This document shows positions 30,001-39,059 of a DNA stretch of 64,000 nt, piece by piece. The stretch spans positions 736,001 to 800,000 of the forward strand of contig OZ243961.1 in assembly GCA_965214605.1 (NCBI GenBank), written 5' to 3'. The position numbers and the translations under genes were made by a program. Under the pieces are notes generated by a model. That model was not told the DNA's origin, did no database searches, and saw only the letters and a program-made list of their open reading frames with translations. The stretch comes from an uncultured Candidatus Binatia bacterium. Its GTDB lineage: Bacteria; Desulfobacterota; Binatia; Bin18. Position 1 is the stretch's first letter. The number at the start of each line of letters is the position of its first letter.

Positions 30001-30188
30001 CTCCAAGAGCGACCCCAAGCCCAGAACACCCAGAGCAGAAAGCAGCCAAAGAGCAACCATAAGACGTAGATAAAAAGAGAACTTATCCCTTCCGAGGTCA
30101 CATCGCCGCTGAGCAAGCCGCTGAGCAAGGCGAACGGTTCAATTTTTGGTAGGAGATCATAAAAGTCAAAAGTGATTTTATCCTCCAT
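27018..30188 (-). CDS. zorA: Zorya ZorA (MotA-like TM domain plus long helical cytoplasmic tail) with internal 120-aa repeats
   Basis: Three TM segments; AHFFN..TL, LTAIGVVGTFTGL and AFKTSVWG motifs; roughly 800-aa coiled-coil-like tail; upstream of zorBCD. Confidence 0.92.
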   Translation of the reverse strand: MEDKITFDFYDLLPKIEPFALLSGLLSGDVTSEGISSLFIYVLWLLFGCFLLWVFWAWGRSWRSTAFFRKLLRGLKPDSLMDKRQDLKQQARQQRNKRLGELWEEFDETFVVSKGEERIQNTYDAAHFFNAHTLGRGITENRLLAAVPAFLTAIGVVGTFTGLFLGLSNVNPEDVASITRLIDGASIAFKTSVWGVALSFVFNLIEKAVEQRVRYKITTLQNKIDALFPRLSPEQTLVHVHEETRQAAIALDGLSERIGNKMQETINQVTQNVQSAVFEGIQQGMQPALESLAQAAGDLASRQARGGAEALENLVHQFSDGLRGQGEQQREMMEATTAEVKTAISQWGGSMTHFMDALEALNQRMDTRENARAASFDSHIQASQDTLTRHVEQLQQQAAQLVADYVDQAQTQTQAHLREWTKQAEQYSSTMETAVGQFGDGLRGQGEQQRKMMEATTAEVKTAISQWGGSMTHFMDALEALNQRMDARETAWAASFDSHIQASQDTLTRHVEQSQQQAAQLVADYVDQAQTQTQTHLREWTKQAEQYSSTMETAVGQFGDGLRGQGEQQRKMMEATTAEVKTAISQWGGSMTHFMDALEALNQRMDTRETARAASFDGHIQASQDTLTRHVEQSQQQAAQLVADYVDQAQTQTQTHLREWTKQAEQYSSTMETAVGQFGDGLRGQGEQQRKMMEATTAEVKTAISQWGGSMTHFMDALEALNQRMDTRETARAASFDSHIQASQDAFSRYVEQSQQQAAQLVADYVDQAQTQTQTHLREWTKQAEQYSSTMETAVGQFGDGLRGQGEQQRKMMEATTAEVKTAISQWGGSMTHFMDALEALNQRMDARETAWAASFDGHIQASQTVLEQSQRLYEQIAAVTEGLQTSASAIRTGGELLNNASGGLRTLSERLQSGVDQLGRALGQVLEQTRRLARENETTGRNINQVIGVITGLKDMLSSAADRIAEAADASRRQTTQLTQHQQQLFAALEEHVDQLQKQVAQLLRDYASQVQTQTQDRLNEWTKQTQNYTNAMQAAVVSLASTVEEMDGKIERRR
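27599..29240. repeat. Tandem repeat, 360-bp unit, about 4.5 copies, inside zorA
   Basis: gaggcctgaatatgg recurs at 27601, 27961, 28321, 28681 and 29041; copies differ by only a few substitutions and stay in frame. Confidence 0.98.
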
Positions 30189-30257
30189 TGATGTGTAATC
30201 CTTCTGCTCCCGGAACTTCTCGTCTCTCTCAGACTTGCTCGACCCCGGGTCTCTCCC

Positions 30258-31082
30258 TTAGATCGTCGCCAACGGAACGGCCACTCCGGGTATGTCCACT
30301 CGGGTGTGGAAAATTGTCCCCTTACGGTCCGGATCTTCGGTATTGTCGGCGGTCACAATGTACAGGTCACGCCGGTCTTGACCGCCAAAACACAAACTCG
30401 TGACGGCCTTGGCCGGCACCTCAACAACGTGATCGGCCGTTCCGTCAGGCGCAAAGCAGGTCGCACAGCCTCCTCCATACACCGCCACCCACACACGGCC
30501 GGACTCGTCAACTGCTAAGCCGTCGGGGACCTCGTCGAGCGTGGCAAAGACGCGCCGATTGGTCGCTGTTCCGTCCGCGGTGATCTCATGTGCGATGACT
30601 TGTTTCACCGCGCTGTCGGCGTGGTAGAGCAGTTTTCCGTCCCCAGACGTGCCAATGCCGTTCGTAATACCGATATTCCCATACATCTCGGTCGCCTGCC
30701 CCTCGGCTTCAATCCGCCACAACTCCCCCGGTACCTGGCTTGCAAGCTTGAATGGGTCTGACCGCAACGCCCCGGCGTAGATCCGGCCAGCGCTATCGGT
30801 GAAAATATCGTTAAAGCCGGGAATATCATCGCGCTGAAACAAAATACGGCTCGTTCCGTTCTTGACGTGACAGATGTTCTTACCGGAGACGACCACCCCG
30901 CCGTCGGCGTGCAGCGCAATCCCCCCGACGCCCCGCCGTTTTGGCACGACTGTTACAATCTCCCCATTTGGCGAACGACGATACACCCCGCCATTTGTGA
31001 CATCACTAAAAAACAGATTTCCAGCCGCGTCGACCCGTGGTCCCTCAATCAGTCCATAGCCTGAGGCAAGTGTTTCCAGCAT
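30258..31082 (-). CDS. SMP-30/gluconolactonase/LRE family protein
   Basis: EGP, FND, NGIG, PDGLAVDESG and TSLCFGG motifs. Confidence 0.92.
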   Translation of the reverse strand: MLETLASGYGLIEGPRVDAAGNLFFSDVTNGGVYRRSPNGEIVTVVPKRRGVGGIALHADGGVVVSGKNICHVKNGTSRILFQRDDIPGFNDIFTDSAGRIYAGALRSDPFKLASQVPGELWRIEAEGQATEMYGNIGITNGIGTSGDGKLLYHADSAVKQVIAHEITADGTATNRRVFATLDEVPDGLAVDESGRVWVAVYGGGCATCFAPDGTADHVVEVPAKAVTSLCFGGQDRRDLYIVTADNTEDPDRKGTIFHTRVDIPGVAVPLATI

Positions 31083-31243
31083 GTGTTCCTCCCTGTATGA
31101 CAGTCTGGAAAGGGCCGCTGCGCCCTTCCCTGCTCAGCTTATAGCGCGCGGACTTCCGGTTGCCAAACCAGGGGTAAGTAGACTATAGAAGGGAAGAGAT
31201 TAACCAAAACCGTACGCCGTAGCGTACAAAGGAGGTAGTTCCG

Positions 31244-31645
31244 ATGAGCGCAGAAGAGAACAAAAAACTGGTACTGGGCTTCTTCGAAGATATGTCGGCC
31301 GGCAATGCCGAGGCGTTCCTAGGAGCGATGGCGGACAACGCGACGTGGTGGGTCGCCGGGGATCCCAAGAACTTTCCCCTGGCCGGTACAAAGACAAAAG
31401 CCGAATTTACCCAACTGCTCCAAGGTATGGGAGCCGCTATGCCCAAGGGCTTAAAAATCACGCCCAAGGGTGTAACCGCGGAAGGTAACCGGGTCGCGGT
31501 CGAAGCCGAATCCTATGGAGAGCACGCCAATGGCAAAATCTACAACAACCTGTACCACTTCCTGGTTGAATGCGGAGACGGCAAGATCACAGCCGTCCGC
31601 GAATACCTTGATACCATGCACGCACAGGACGTGCTGGTGGGCTAG
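31244..31645 (+). CDS. SnoaL/NTF2-like protein
   Basis: AEGNRVAVEAES and YNNLYHF....GKITAVREYLDT motifs. Confidence 0.9.
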   Translation: MSAEENKKLVLGFFEDMSAGNAEAFLGAMADNATWWVAGDPKNFPLAGTKTKAEFTQLLQGMGAAMPKGLKITPKGVTAEGNRVAVEAESYGEHANGKIYNNLYHFLVECGDGKITAVREYLDTMHAQDVLVG

Positions 31646-31688
31646 ACGACGGCTCAGGCGGCTCTGAGCCCATGGCCCCGACACTATG

Positions 31689-31713
31689 GGGCACGGGAGA
31701 CCGTGCCCGTTTT
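31689..31713 (+). terminator. Putative intrinsic terminator between convergent genes
   Basis: GGGCACGG-GAGA-CCGTGCCC hairpin followed by GTTTT. Confidence 0.55.
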
Positions 31714-31726
31714 ATGCTCTATCATA

Positions 31727-33073
31727 TCAGACCGGCCAGAACATCTTTTTGGCCTGAGCTTTGAGTTCCGGCTGAAAATCCGGATGGGCAATCTCAATGA
31801 GTGCCTCGGCGCGTTGACGCTGAGTCCTGCCCTGGAGATTCACTATTCCAAACTCGGTGACCACATAATCGGCATACTGGCGGGGTGTCGTCAGCGTGCT
31901 GCCCGGCTCAAGCATAGGCACAATCCGGGACAGCCGACCCCTTTTGGCCGTCGAGGGCAGAACCATAATTGAGCGTCCGCCCGGCGAGTACATCGCTCCC
32001 ATCATAAAAGTCATCTGCCCGCCAATGCCCGAGTACATCTGGGGACCGAGCGATTCAGCCGCGGCCTGCCCTGTCAGGTCAATGGCTAAGGTGCTGTTCA
32101 CCGCGACCTGATGGTTTTGGGCGGCGATATTCAGCAGCGAGTTCGTGTACAGCACGCTATACAGCTCAAAGACCGGATTATTATCCACAAACTCCAGGTC
32201 GGCTCCCCCCACGACCATAGCGGCGACGGCTTTGCCCTGGTGCACGGCTTTGTACTTGCCGGTTGCGACACCGCGTTTCACCAGCTCAACATGACTGGCG
32301 GTCATGATCTCGCTATGGACGCCGAGATCGTTACGGTCCATCAGAAACAGTCCGATCGCCTCGGAAATGGCCCCGATGCCCATCTGGACCGTATCGCCGT
32401 CATGAATCAAGCCGGCGGCAAATTCGCCGATCACTTCAAGCGTACCCTGCTCTTCCGCCGGCGGCGGGGCCGTACCGACCGGAAAGGGGGCGGTTTCCTC
32501 AACGAGATAGTCAATCTCTGAGACATGAATCCAATTATCACCATGGGTACGGATGAAGGTCGGATCGACCTCGGCAACAAAGCATCTGGCCGCTCTGGCG
32601 GCGTCTTTGTTGTACCATAAAGCGTTGCCAAAGCTGCAGTAGCCCCGCTCATCGGGCGGAGAAACCACACCGTAGAAGATATCGGCCTGCCAGGTGTTGG
32701 TGCGGCCGTCTTCGGCCTGCTTGGCATACTGGGGATAATCCAGGGGCAGAAAGTCGACATAGTGTTTCTGCATGCCTTGGCGGCAGCCCGCCCCTACATA
32801 GTCCACAATCAGGTGAAAGGACTGGTCATAGCCCGGTTCGTTCCAGATCGGGTGGCTGTACAGCGGATAGCACTGAATCAACGTCACGCTCTCGAGCTGG
32901 CCGTTGCGTTTGGCTAGGGCATCGAGAATGGGAATAGGTGGTTTACCGATATGGAGCCGGACGAGTTGGCCGGATTGAGTCAGGCGTGCCGCCTGCTCAG
33001 CAGAAATGAGTTTATCTCTATAGGTGTGTTGCCAGGGTTCCATGTGTCTCTTCTCCAAATTCGTCCGGGACAC
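31727..33073 (-). CDS. Acetyl-CoA hydrolase / 4-hydroxybutyrate CoA-transferase family protein
   Basis: VSPPDERGYCSFG, QMGIGAI, LGVHSE, SGIGGQ and YVVTEFG motifs; start may be 33043. Confidence 0.9.
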   Translation of the reverse strand: MSRTNLEKRHMEPWQHTYRDKLISAEQAARLTQSGQLVRLHIGKPPIPILDALAKRNGQLESVTLIQCYPLYSHPIWNEPGYDQSFHLIVDYVGAGCRQGMQKHYVDFLPLDYPQYAKQAEDGRTNTWQADIFYGVVSPPDERGYCSFGNALWYNKDAARAARCFVAEVDPTFIRTHGDNWIHVSEIDYLVEETAPFPVGTAPPPAEEQGTLEVIGEFAAGLIHDGDTVQMGIGAISEAIGLFLMDRNDLGVHSEIMTASHVELVKRGVATGKYKAVHQGKAVAAMVVGGADLEFVDNNPVFELYSVLYTNSLLNIAAQNHQVAVNSTLAIDLTGQAAAESLGPQMYSGIGGQMTFMMGAMYSPGGRSIMVLPSTAKRGRLSRIVPMLEPGSTLTTPRQYADYVVTEFGIVNLQGRTQRQRAEALIEIAHPDFQPELKAQAKKMFWPV

Positions 33074-33840
33074 TACCCCACCAGACTATGTCCGCCATCG
33101 ACAAACAAGGTGGTACCCGTCATAAACGTATTGGCATCCGAAGCCAGAAAGATCACCGAGGGTTTGATCTCTGAAGGATTGCCGACTCGTTGCATCGGAA
33201 TCTTAGCGATAATGCCCTTCCCCCCTTTAGTCTCCCAGAAACCAGCGTTCATCGGTGTCTCAAAATAGCCCGGACACAGGGCATTCACCCGGATGTTGTC
33301 CCGGGCCCATTCGAGTGCCAGCGTCCGGGTAAAATGGACCAGAGCAGCCTTGGTCGCCCCGTAGGCCGCCATATAGCGGGCGACGATCCGTGAGAACAGC
33401 GAGGAGACGTTGATGATTGTGCCTTTTTTGCGCTTGGCCATTTCCGCCCCGACGTGTTTGGCACAGAACACCGGCCCTTTCAGATTCAGGTTCATATAGC
33501 TGTCCCACTCCTCCTCGACCAGATCCCGAATCGGCGTCGTGCCCCCCATACCTGCGTTATTGATCAAAATATCGATCCGGCCGTACTCAGCCATGACCTG
33601 CCCGACCATACGCTCAATATCGGCTTCCTTGGTCACGTCGGCCGCCACGCCAATGACCCGGCGACCGCTCGCCCGGCGCATCTCTGCCGAGACCCTGTCG
33701 AGGTCGGCCTGGGTACGGCTAATCAGCGCGAGATCCGCCCCAGCCTCGGCTAGGCCATACGCCATCTGCTCGCCTAAACCTTTGCTCCCGCCGGTAATGA
33801 GAGCAACTTTGCCCGTTAGGTCAAAATAGGGAAGTGTCAT
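33073..33840 (-). CDS. SDR oxidoreductase (gluconate 5-dehydrogenase-like)
   Basis: TGGSKGLG, NNAG and YGATK motifs. Confidence 0.9.
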   Translation of the reverse strand: MTLPYFDLTGKVALITGGSKGLGEQMAYGLAEAGADLALISRTQADLDRVSAEMRRASGRRVIGVAADVTKEADIERMVGQVMAEYGRIDILINNAGMGGTTPIRDLVEEEWDSYMNLNLKGPVFCAKHVGAEMAKRKKGTIINVSSLFSRIVARYMAAYGATKAALVHFTRTLALEWARDNIRVNALCPGYFETPMNAGFWETKGGKGIIAKIPMQRVGNPSEIKPSVIFLASDANTFMTGTTLFVDGGHSLVG

Positions 33841-33872
33841 ACAACTTTCCTCAGTCAGCAGTCTGTCCGTCT

Positions 33873-35021
33873 TCAGCACCCCAGCTGCCGGGCAATCACC
33901 ATCCGCTGCACCTCGCTGGTGCCCTCGCCAATGGTCAGGATCTTCGAATCAAGATAGAAACGCGAAACCGGAAAGTCGCGCGTATAGCCGTAACCCCCGT
34001 GAATTTGGACCGCTTCTTCAGCTGCCTTGACCGCAATCTCCGATGAGGCCAGCTTGGCCATAGCGGCCTCTTTAGCATACGGACGGCCCTGGTCGCGCAA
34101 CCCCGCGGCGCGGTAGACCATGAGTCTGGCCATATCGACCTGGGTCGCCATATCCGCCAGCTTAAACTGAATCGCCTGGTGCGAGGCCAGCGGCTTCCCA
34201 AACGTTTTGCGCTCTTGGGCGTACTGGAGTGACATATTCAGGCACGCCTCGGCCAGAGACAGGCCAAGCGTGGCAACCGAGATCCGACCACACTCCAAGG
34301 TCTTGAGAAAGGCTCGAAAGCCTGAGCCGTCCTCGCCCAACAGATTGTCGCGGGGAACCCGCACATCCTCAAACACCTGCTCGCGGGTATCAACCGTATG
34401 CCATCCGATCTTTTTGTACGGCTTACCGATCGTATAGCCAGGCGTGTCTTTGGGAATAATAATGGCTCGATAGGCTCGTTTTCCGTTCTCGCCTGCATGG
34501 TCGGCGGTCAGCGCTACGAGTCCATAGCTGAGCGGTGTTCCGGCGTTTGAGATAAAACACTTGGTGCCGTTGACGACCCACGAGTCGCCATCCAGATATG
34601 AGGTGGTATGGATATTGGCCGCGTCGGAGCCGGCCTGCGGTTCGGTCAGGCCAAACGCCCCTAAACGTTCCCCGCGCGCCAGTGGAGTGAGCCACTTGTG
34701 CTTCTGTTCCTCAGTGCCAAAGTGCAAAAAGGGCAAAGAACCGATCGTTAGATGGGCTTGCAGCGTGGTGGCAATCGATTGATCCACCTTGCCGAGCTCT
34801 TCGAGGGCCGCCACCATGGCCATGGTGCCGGCACCAGTGCCACCGTACTCCTTGGGGATGAGTAGGCCCATCAGTTGGAGGTCTGCCAGCTTGTGAAAGA
34901 TCTCGGCCGGAAAATACTCGGCATCAAACCATTCATCGGCGTAGGGCGCGATCTCTTTGTGGGCGAAATCGCGGATCATATCCTTCAGCATCTGCTGTTC
35001 AGCCGTCAGTTCAAAGTCCAT
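33873..35021 (-). CDS. Acyl-CoA dehydrogenase
   Basis: GLTEPQAGSD, NGTKCFISN, QIHGGYGY and IGEGTSEVQR motifs. Confidence 0.95.
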   Translation of the reverse strand: MDFELTAEQQMLKDMIRDFAHKEIAPYADEWFDAEYFPAEIFHKLADLQLMGLLIPKEYGGTGAGTMAMVAALEELGKVDQSIATTLQAHLTIGSLPFLHFGTEEQKHKWLTPLARGERLGAFGLTEPQAGSDAANIHTTSYLDGDSWVVNGTKCFISNAGTPLSYGLVALTADHAGENGKRAYRAIIIPKDTPGYTIGKPYKKIGWHTVDTREQVFEDVRVPRDNLLGEDGSGFRAFLKTLECGRISVATLGLSLAEACLNMSLQYAQERKTFGKPLASHQAIQFKLADMATQVDMARLMVYRAAGLRDQGRPYAKEAAMAKLASSEIAVKAAEEAVQIHGGYGYTRDFPVSRFYLDSKILTIGEGTSEVQRMVIARQLGC

Positions 35022-35149
35022 ACATCCTCACCCCTCTTGAGATTGTGTCCATCCGGCATCTTTCCTCCGGCCCTGCCTAAAGTCAAGCAGAAATGCCACG
35101 CGTTAACGCGCATCGACTAGGAGCGGTGTTCTTGTATCTTCAAGTTGGG

Positions 35150-35177
35150 GCTGATAGCTGACTGCTGACCGCTGACA
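35150..35177 (+). repeat. Short tandem heptamer repeat GCTGAYN x4
   Basis: GCTGATA GCTGACT GCTGACC GCTGACA just upstream of the RBS of the LLM gene. Confidence 0.6.
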
Positions 35178-35191
35178 CGAAGGAGGACAGT

Positions 35192-36136
35192 ATGGTACGC
35201 CCTATTCAATTTGGTCTGTTCCAGCCCCAGGTCGGGCTTCCCTTCCCGGCCATCACTGAGCGCGCGCTGGCATGTGAGGCTGCCGGCTTTCACTCGATTT
35301 GGGTGACCGATCACATGTGGGTCGGCGGGATTCCACAGGTTGATTTCTTAGAAGGCTGGACACTCATGTCGGCGCTGGCAGCCAGCACCAACACGATCCG
35401 AATCGGCAGTCTGGTGATGTGTAATTCGTTTCGTAATCCGGCCTTCTTAGCCAAAATGGCCGCCTCGCTCGATAACATCAGCCAGGGTCGGCTCGAGCTC
35501 GGGCTTGGCGCGGGCTGGATGAAAGCCGAGTATCTAGGATACGGCTACGACTTCCCATCCGGCGGAACGCGGGCAGAGCAACTCAGAGAAGGGGTCGAGA
35601 TTATCAAAAAGATGTTCACGGAGGAAAAAGCCTCCTACCGGGGCGAGCACTATACGATCAGCGGGGCGTACAATAATCCGAAACCGCTCCAGAAACCCTA
35701 TCCCCCCATTACCATTGGGGCGGCGGCCGAACGCAGAATGCTCAAAACCGTAGCCCAGCACGCCGACCGCTGGAACTGTCCGGCCGCGGTTGCGCATCGG
35801 ATTGAAAAGAAATGGGGGGTCATTACCGAGCACTGCAGAACGGTCGGACGCGACCCGGCAGAGATCGAAATCTCTGAACAGGTGGTCGTGGTATTGGGTA
35901 AAGACGAGGCGGCCTTTGAGGCCAAATGGCCGATCGCCAAAAAGACTCTGGGCCGGCTAGCCGACCTCGACAAGACGGCCCTGCGCGGCACGCCGGCCCA
36001 GGTCATTGAAGGCATCAAGGAGAAAAACGCAAAAGGGGTCAGCCTGTTCACAATGATTTTCAGCGATACGATCCAGAGCGATTTTTTGGACACGCTCGAA
36101 CTGTTTGCGGGCGAGGTGATGCCCGCCTTTCAGTAA
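35192..36136 (+). CDS. LLM-class (probably F420-dependent) oxidoreductase
   Basis: WVTDH, EGWT, FRNPAFLAKMAASLD and GRLELGLGAGW motifs. Confidence 0.9.
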   Translation: MVRPIQFGLFQPQVGLPFPAITERALACEAAGFHSIWVTDHMWVGGIPQVDFLEGWTLMSALAASTNTIRIGSLVMCNSFRNPAFLAKMAASLDNISQGRLELGLGAGWMKAEYLGYGYDFPSGGTRAEQLREGVEIIKKMFTEEKASYRGEHYTISGAYNNPKPLQKPYPPITIGAAAERRMLKTVAQHADRWNCPAAVAHRIEKKWGVITEHCRTVGRDPAEIEISEQVVVVLGKDEAAFEAKWPIAKKTLGRLADLDKTALRGTPAQVIEGIKEKNAKGVSLFTMIFSDTIQSDFLDTLELFAGEVMPAFQ

Positions 36137-36141
36137 GCCGG

Positions 36142-36175
36142 GAGAAGAGGTGGCGGCAGAGCCGCCGCTCTTTTC
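36142..36175 (+). terminator. Putative intrinsic terminator
   Basis: gagaagaggtggcggc-aga-gccgccgctcttttc hairpin immediately after the stop codon. Confidence 0.5.
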
Positions 36176-36516
36176 AGCTCTGTTCCGGCTGAGCCCAGCC
36201 AGGCCAGCGTCATACGCAGCGGCAAGAGTTCCTGACTCAGGAGATTGATCATCAGCCCTACTGTCTTAAGGGCGACGGATGCACCCACTCCCATCGGAGA
36301 GGGGGTGGTGCGGTCTGCTAGGGCAAAACGGTCCTCAGACATGGGAATAGTTCGCTAGGGGTGAGTTCCTTCTTTGAAGCTTCATTTTAAGAGCACGCCA
36401 GACATCTTCAGCGAAGACGTCCTGTAAAGCGGCGAACGTCACCCGCTTGTCCTCTTTCCGTCGGCCGGTTCACCCGATGAGCCGGACATATGGCAGACCC
36501 ATGGCCCCCCCTTCAG

Positions 36517-37581
36517 CTACATCTTCTTTATAATCGCTTGAGAAAACGACTTAATCGTTCCCTTTGGATCGGTTACTGGCTGAATCGCGACTTGGTTGAT
36601 CCCGGCCTGTTTCATCGCCCGGATTGACGCAATGACTTCGTCACGGGTGCCGGTCAGGGTTGTCGCGCGAATCATCTTTTTGGTGATCAGCGGCACGTGC
36701 TCTTTTTTGAGGCCACGCAGATAATCGCGGTAGAGTTTGAGGTGGCGGGTCTCGATCGATCCCATGGGCTCGCGGTAGGCATACTTAAATGCCATCACGT
36801 CATCGCGCAAATCGTCGGGGAGCACAGCGGGGTCTGGACAGGAAAAGGCGTACAGATTGCTTGACGACGCCACAAACGGGCCAACCGCTTTTCGGACGGC
36901 GGCCGTTTCCAGGTTTTCACCGGGTTTGGTCAGGTGAAACGTGGTCATGCACACCGCGTAGATCCGCTTGGGATTACGCCCTGCCCGTTCGGCTCCGCGT
37001 TCGACGTGGCCGAGGACAAAGCGAATCAGGCTGGGGCTGACCGCGCCAAACAGAATCACGCCATCGGCCACTTCACCCGCCATTTCTAGACTCTTGGGCC
37101 CACTCCCAGCCACATAGATCGGCACTTTTTTACGAATGTTGATCGCACCGGCCCCGGGATTCAGGAAGGTGATCATTCGCCGACGGCCGGCCTCTTGGTA
37201 GGGCACGGTCTTCCCCGCCAGCAAGCCCTTACACACCTCAATATATTGGCGCATATCGCTTACCCGAGCGGCCGGCATACCCAGAGTCCGTCTAGCCGTA
37301 TTACCAGTCCCGATGCCTAAAATGACGCGTCCCGGCGCAAGGGCGTTGATTGAGGCGATCGAACACGCCGTCAGCGGAGCGATCCGTGAGACCGGATTTG
37401 TCACGCCCGGTCCGAGTTTAATCGTCCTGGTCTTGTCCGCACACAGGGCCAACGCCGCATACACATCGCTGGTCAACATCTGGGAGTCGTACAACCAGGC
37501 GTGCGAAAACCCGCGCCTCTCGGCCCGCATCACGTCCTTGTAGGCGTCGACCGAGCCAAAACCGACATAGCCAAAATCCAT
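36517..37581 (-). CDS. LLM-class oxidoreductase (Mer-like)
   Basis: WLYDSQ, IKLGPGVTNP, LAPGRVILGIGTG and AGEVADG motifs. Confidence 0.9.
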   Translation of the reverse strand: MDFGYVGFGSVDAYKDVMRAERRGFSHAWLYDSQMLTSDVYAALALCADKTRTIKLGPGVTNPVSRIAPLTACSIASINALAPGRVILGIGTGNTARRTLGMPAARVSDMRQYIEVCKGLLAGKTVPYQEAGRRRMITFLNPGAGAINIRKKVPIYVAGSGPKSLEMAGEVADGVILFGAVSPSLIRFVLGHVERGAERAGRNPKRIYAVCMTTFHLTKPGENLETAAVRKAVGPFVASSSNLYAFSCPDPAVLPDDLRDDVMAFKYAYREPMGSIETRHLKLYRDYLRGLKKEHVPLITKKMIRATTLTGTRDEVIASIRAMKQAGINQVAIQPVTDPKGTIKSFSQAIIKKM

Positions 37582-37595
37582 ACTCCGCCCCCTCC

Positions 37596-38978
37596 TCACT
37601 CCGCTGACAGCAGGCCGGTCAATGCCTGCATGGAGGTCTCGTGCTCAAGCTGTTGGACCGCATCTTTCACCCGTTCGCCGTGTGACGCCTGCCAGACGCC
37701 GTCGACCAGGGCTTGGTACTTGTCGACGAGTTCTTGCCAAGATAGGGGATTATCCGGGTCACCCTTGGGAAAGCGCACCCGAGCGCTGACCTCACGGCCA
37801 TCGCTGCACTGCATCCGTGCCCAGGCCGGCCATTCCCGAGGAAAGCGTTCTTCTAAAGTCGGGTCGGGAGTATAGGCAACCTTGGGCATCAAGGCCAGCA
37901 CTTCGGCATCGTGCAGCACGGGCGCAGAGAACTCTTCCAGACCGGCCCTGCGCCTGCTGATCGCAACCGCTACGCCAAAAGGGAGACTGAACTGTGCCTC
38001 GACAACGTTGGCCGGGTGGTAGGTGCGGTCGGTCGGCTCGCAAATAACGGGAATACCTGTCTCTAGCATACCGATGGTGACGGTGCGAACATCGTCGGGT
38101 CGAAGTTGATGGCGCTGAACGAGGTCCAGCACAGCATCGATCGGAGCCTGGGTGTAGCGGCAACACGCGTGCGGTTTGACGGCGGTATGCAGAATCTGGA
38201 AATCGGTGCCCAGGCCAGCGGTCAGCCGGGAGGGATCGGGAGCGTCAGAATAGGCTTTGAGAAAACCGTCCCGTCCTTCAATGATCGTGGCCGGTCCGAC
38301 AAAACCCGCCTTGGCCAGCAACGCGGCGTGAATACCGCTAAACGCCGCCCAACCTGGGTGCAGCCGTTTCGTCCAGGCGCCCTGAGCCAAAAATTCCATT
38401 GAGCCCGCGGCTTGGCTACCGGCAATGCCCATGGCGGACAGCAGCTGATCATGGCTCAGCCTCAGCAGGCGGCCAGCACTGACCGCCGCCCCAAACGTGC
38501 CGCACGTCGCGGTTGGATGAAAGCCACGGGCATAATGTGCTTTGGGGGTGACCGCCAGAGCTAGACGCGCCGCCGCTTCAAAACCGGCCACCGCGGCGGT
38601 GAGAAAGGCCGGTCCGCTCGCCCCAAGCTGCTCGGCGACCGCTAGAGCCGCGGAAAACACGCTCACCCCGAGATGGATCGATCCGCCTTGGTGGGTATCG
38701 TCCAGCTCCAGACTATGGGCGGCGGTGCCGTTGGCCAGGGCCGCGTACGGCGTAGCGGTTTTTTCAGGGCGCCCCAGTATCGTCCCGCTGCCAGGAGTTT
38801 CCGGTCCAGCGGCGAGTCGATACACGGGCTGGCTCGACTCCGACAGCGAACCGCGCACCGCAACCCCCAGATAATCAAGGAAAAAATATTTGGCCCGGTC
38901 AACCACGTCTGTAGGCAGTTGGTGAAAGTCCAAGCCGTGGCAGAAAGCCGTTAGCTGCCGAGTCAGTGGAGTGTCCAT
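37596..38978 (-). CDS. MmgE/PrpD family protein
   Basis: ANGTAAHSLELDDTH, GFHPT, KPHACC and AQFSLPF motifs. Confidence 0.92.
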   Translation of the reverse strand: MDTPLTRQLTAFCHGLDFHQLPTDVVDRAKYFFLDYLGVAVRGSLSESSQPVYRLAAGPETPGSGTILGRPEKTATPYAALANGTAAHSLELDDTHQGGSIHLGVSVFSAALAVAEQLGASGPAFLTAAVAGFEAAARLALAVTPKAHYARGFHPTATCGTFGAAVSAGRLLRLSHDQLLSAMGIAGSQAAGSMEFLAQGAWTKRLHPGWAAFSGIHAALLAKAGFVGPATIIEGRDGFLKAYSDAPDPSRLTAGLGTDFQILHTAVKPHACCRYTQAPIDAVLDLVQRHQLRPDDVRTVTIGMLETGIPVICEPTDRTYHPANVVEAQFSLPFGVAVAISRRRAGLEEFSAPVLHDAEVLALMPKVAYTPDPTLEERFPREWPAWARMQCSDGREVSARVRFPKGDPDNPLSWQELVDKYQALVDGVWQASHGERVKDAVQQLEHETSMQALTGLLSAE

Positions 38979-39059
38979 GCACAGCCTCTTCGTCTGTCAG
39001 TCCCACCTTATGAGAACGTTTTTACCATGGGACTGTCGCTCTTTGCTTTGGTTCGCCCC

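Noticed and set aside
26266-30188. Flagellar MotAB or chemoreceptor annotation for zorA/zorB
   Set aside because: The operon with an EH-signature protein and an SNF2-Mrr helicase identifies type I Zorya; no flagellar or chemotaxis genes are nearby.
21127-30233. TCTCAGA on both sides of the Zorya operon as a target-site duplication
   Set aside because: A 7-bp match is readily expected by chance, and there are no terminal inverted repeats or recombinase.
36240-36310. Fluoride riboswitch-like GATGG...GCTGATGA on the minus strand
   Set aside because: The pseudoknot pairing is absent and no relevant gene lies downstream; part of it is a REP-like palindrome.
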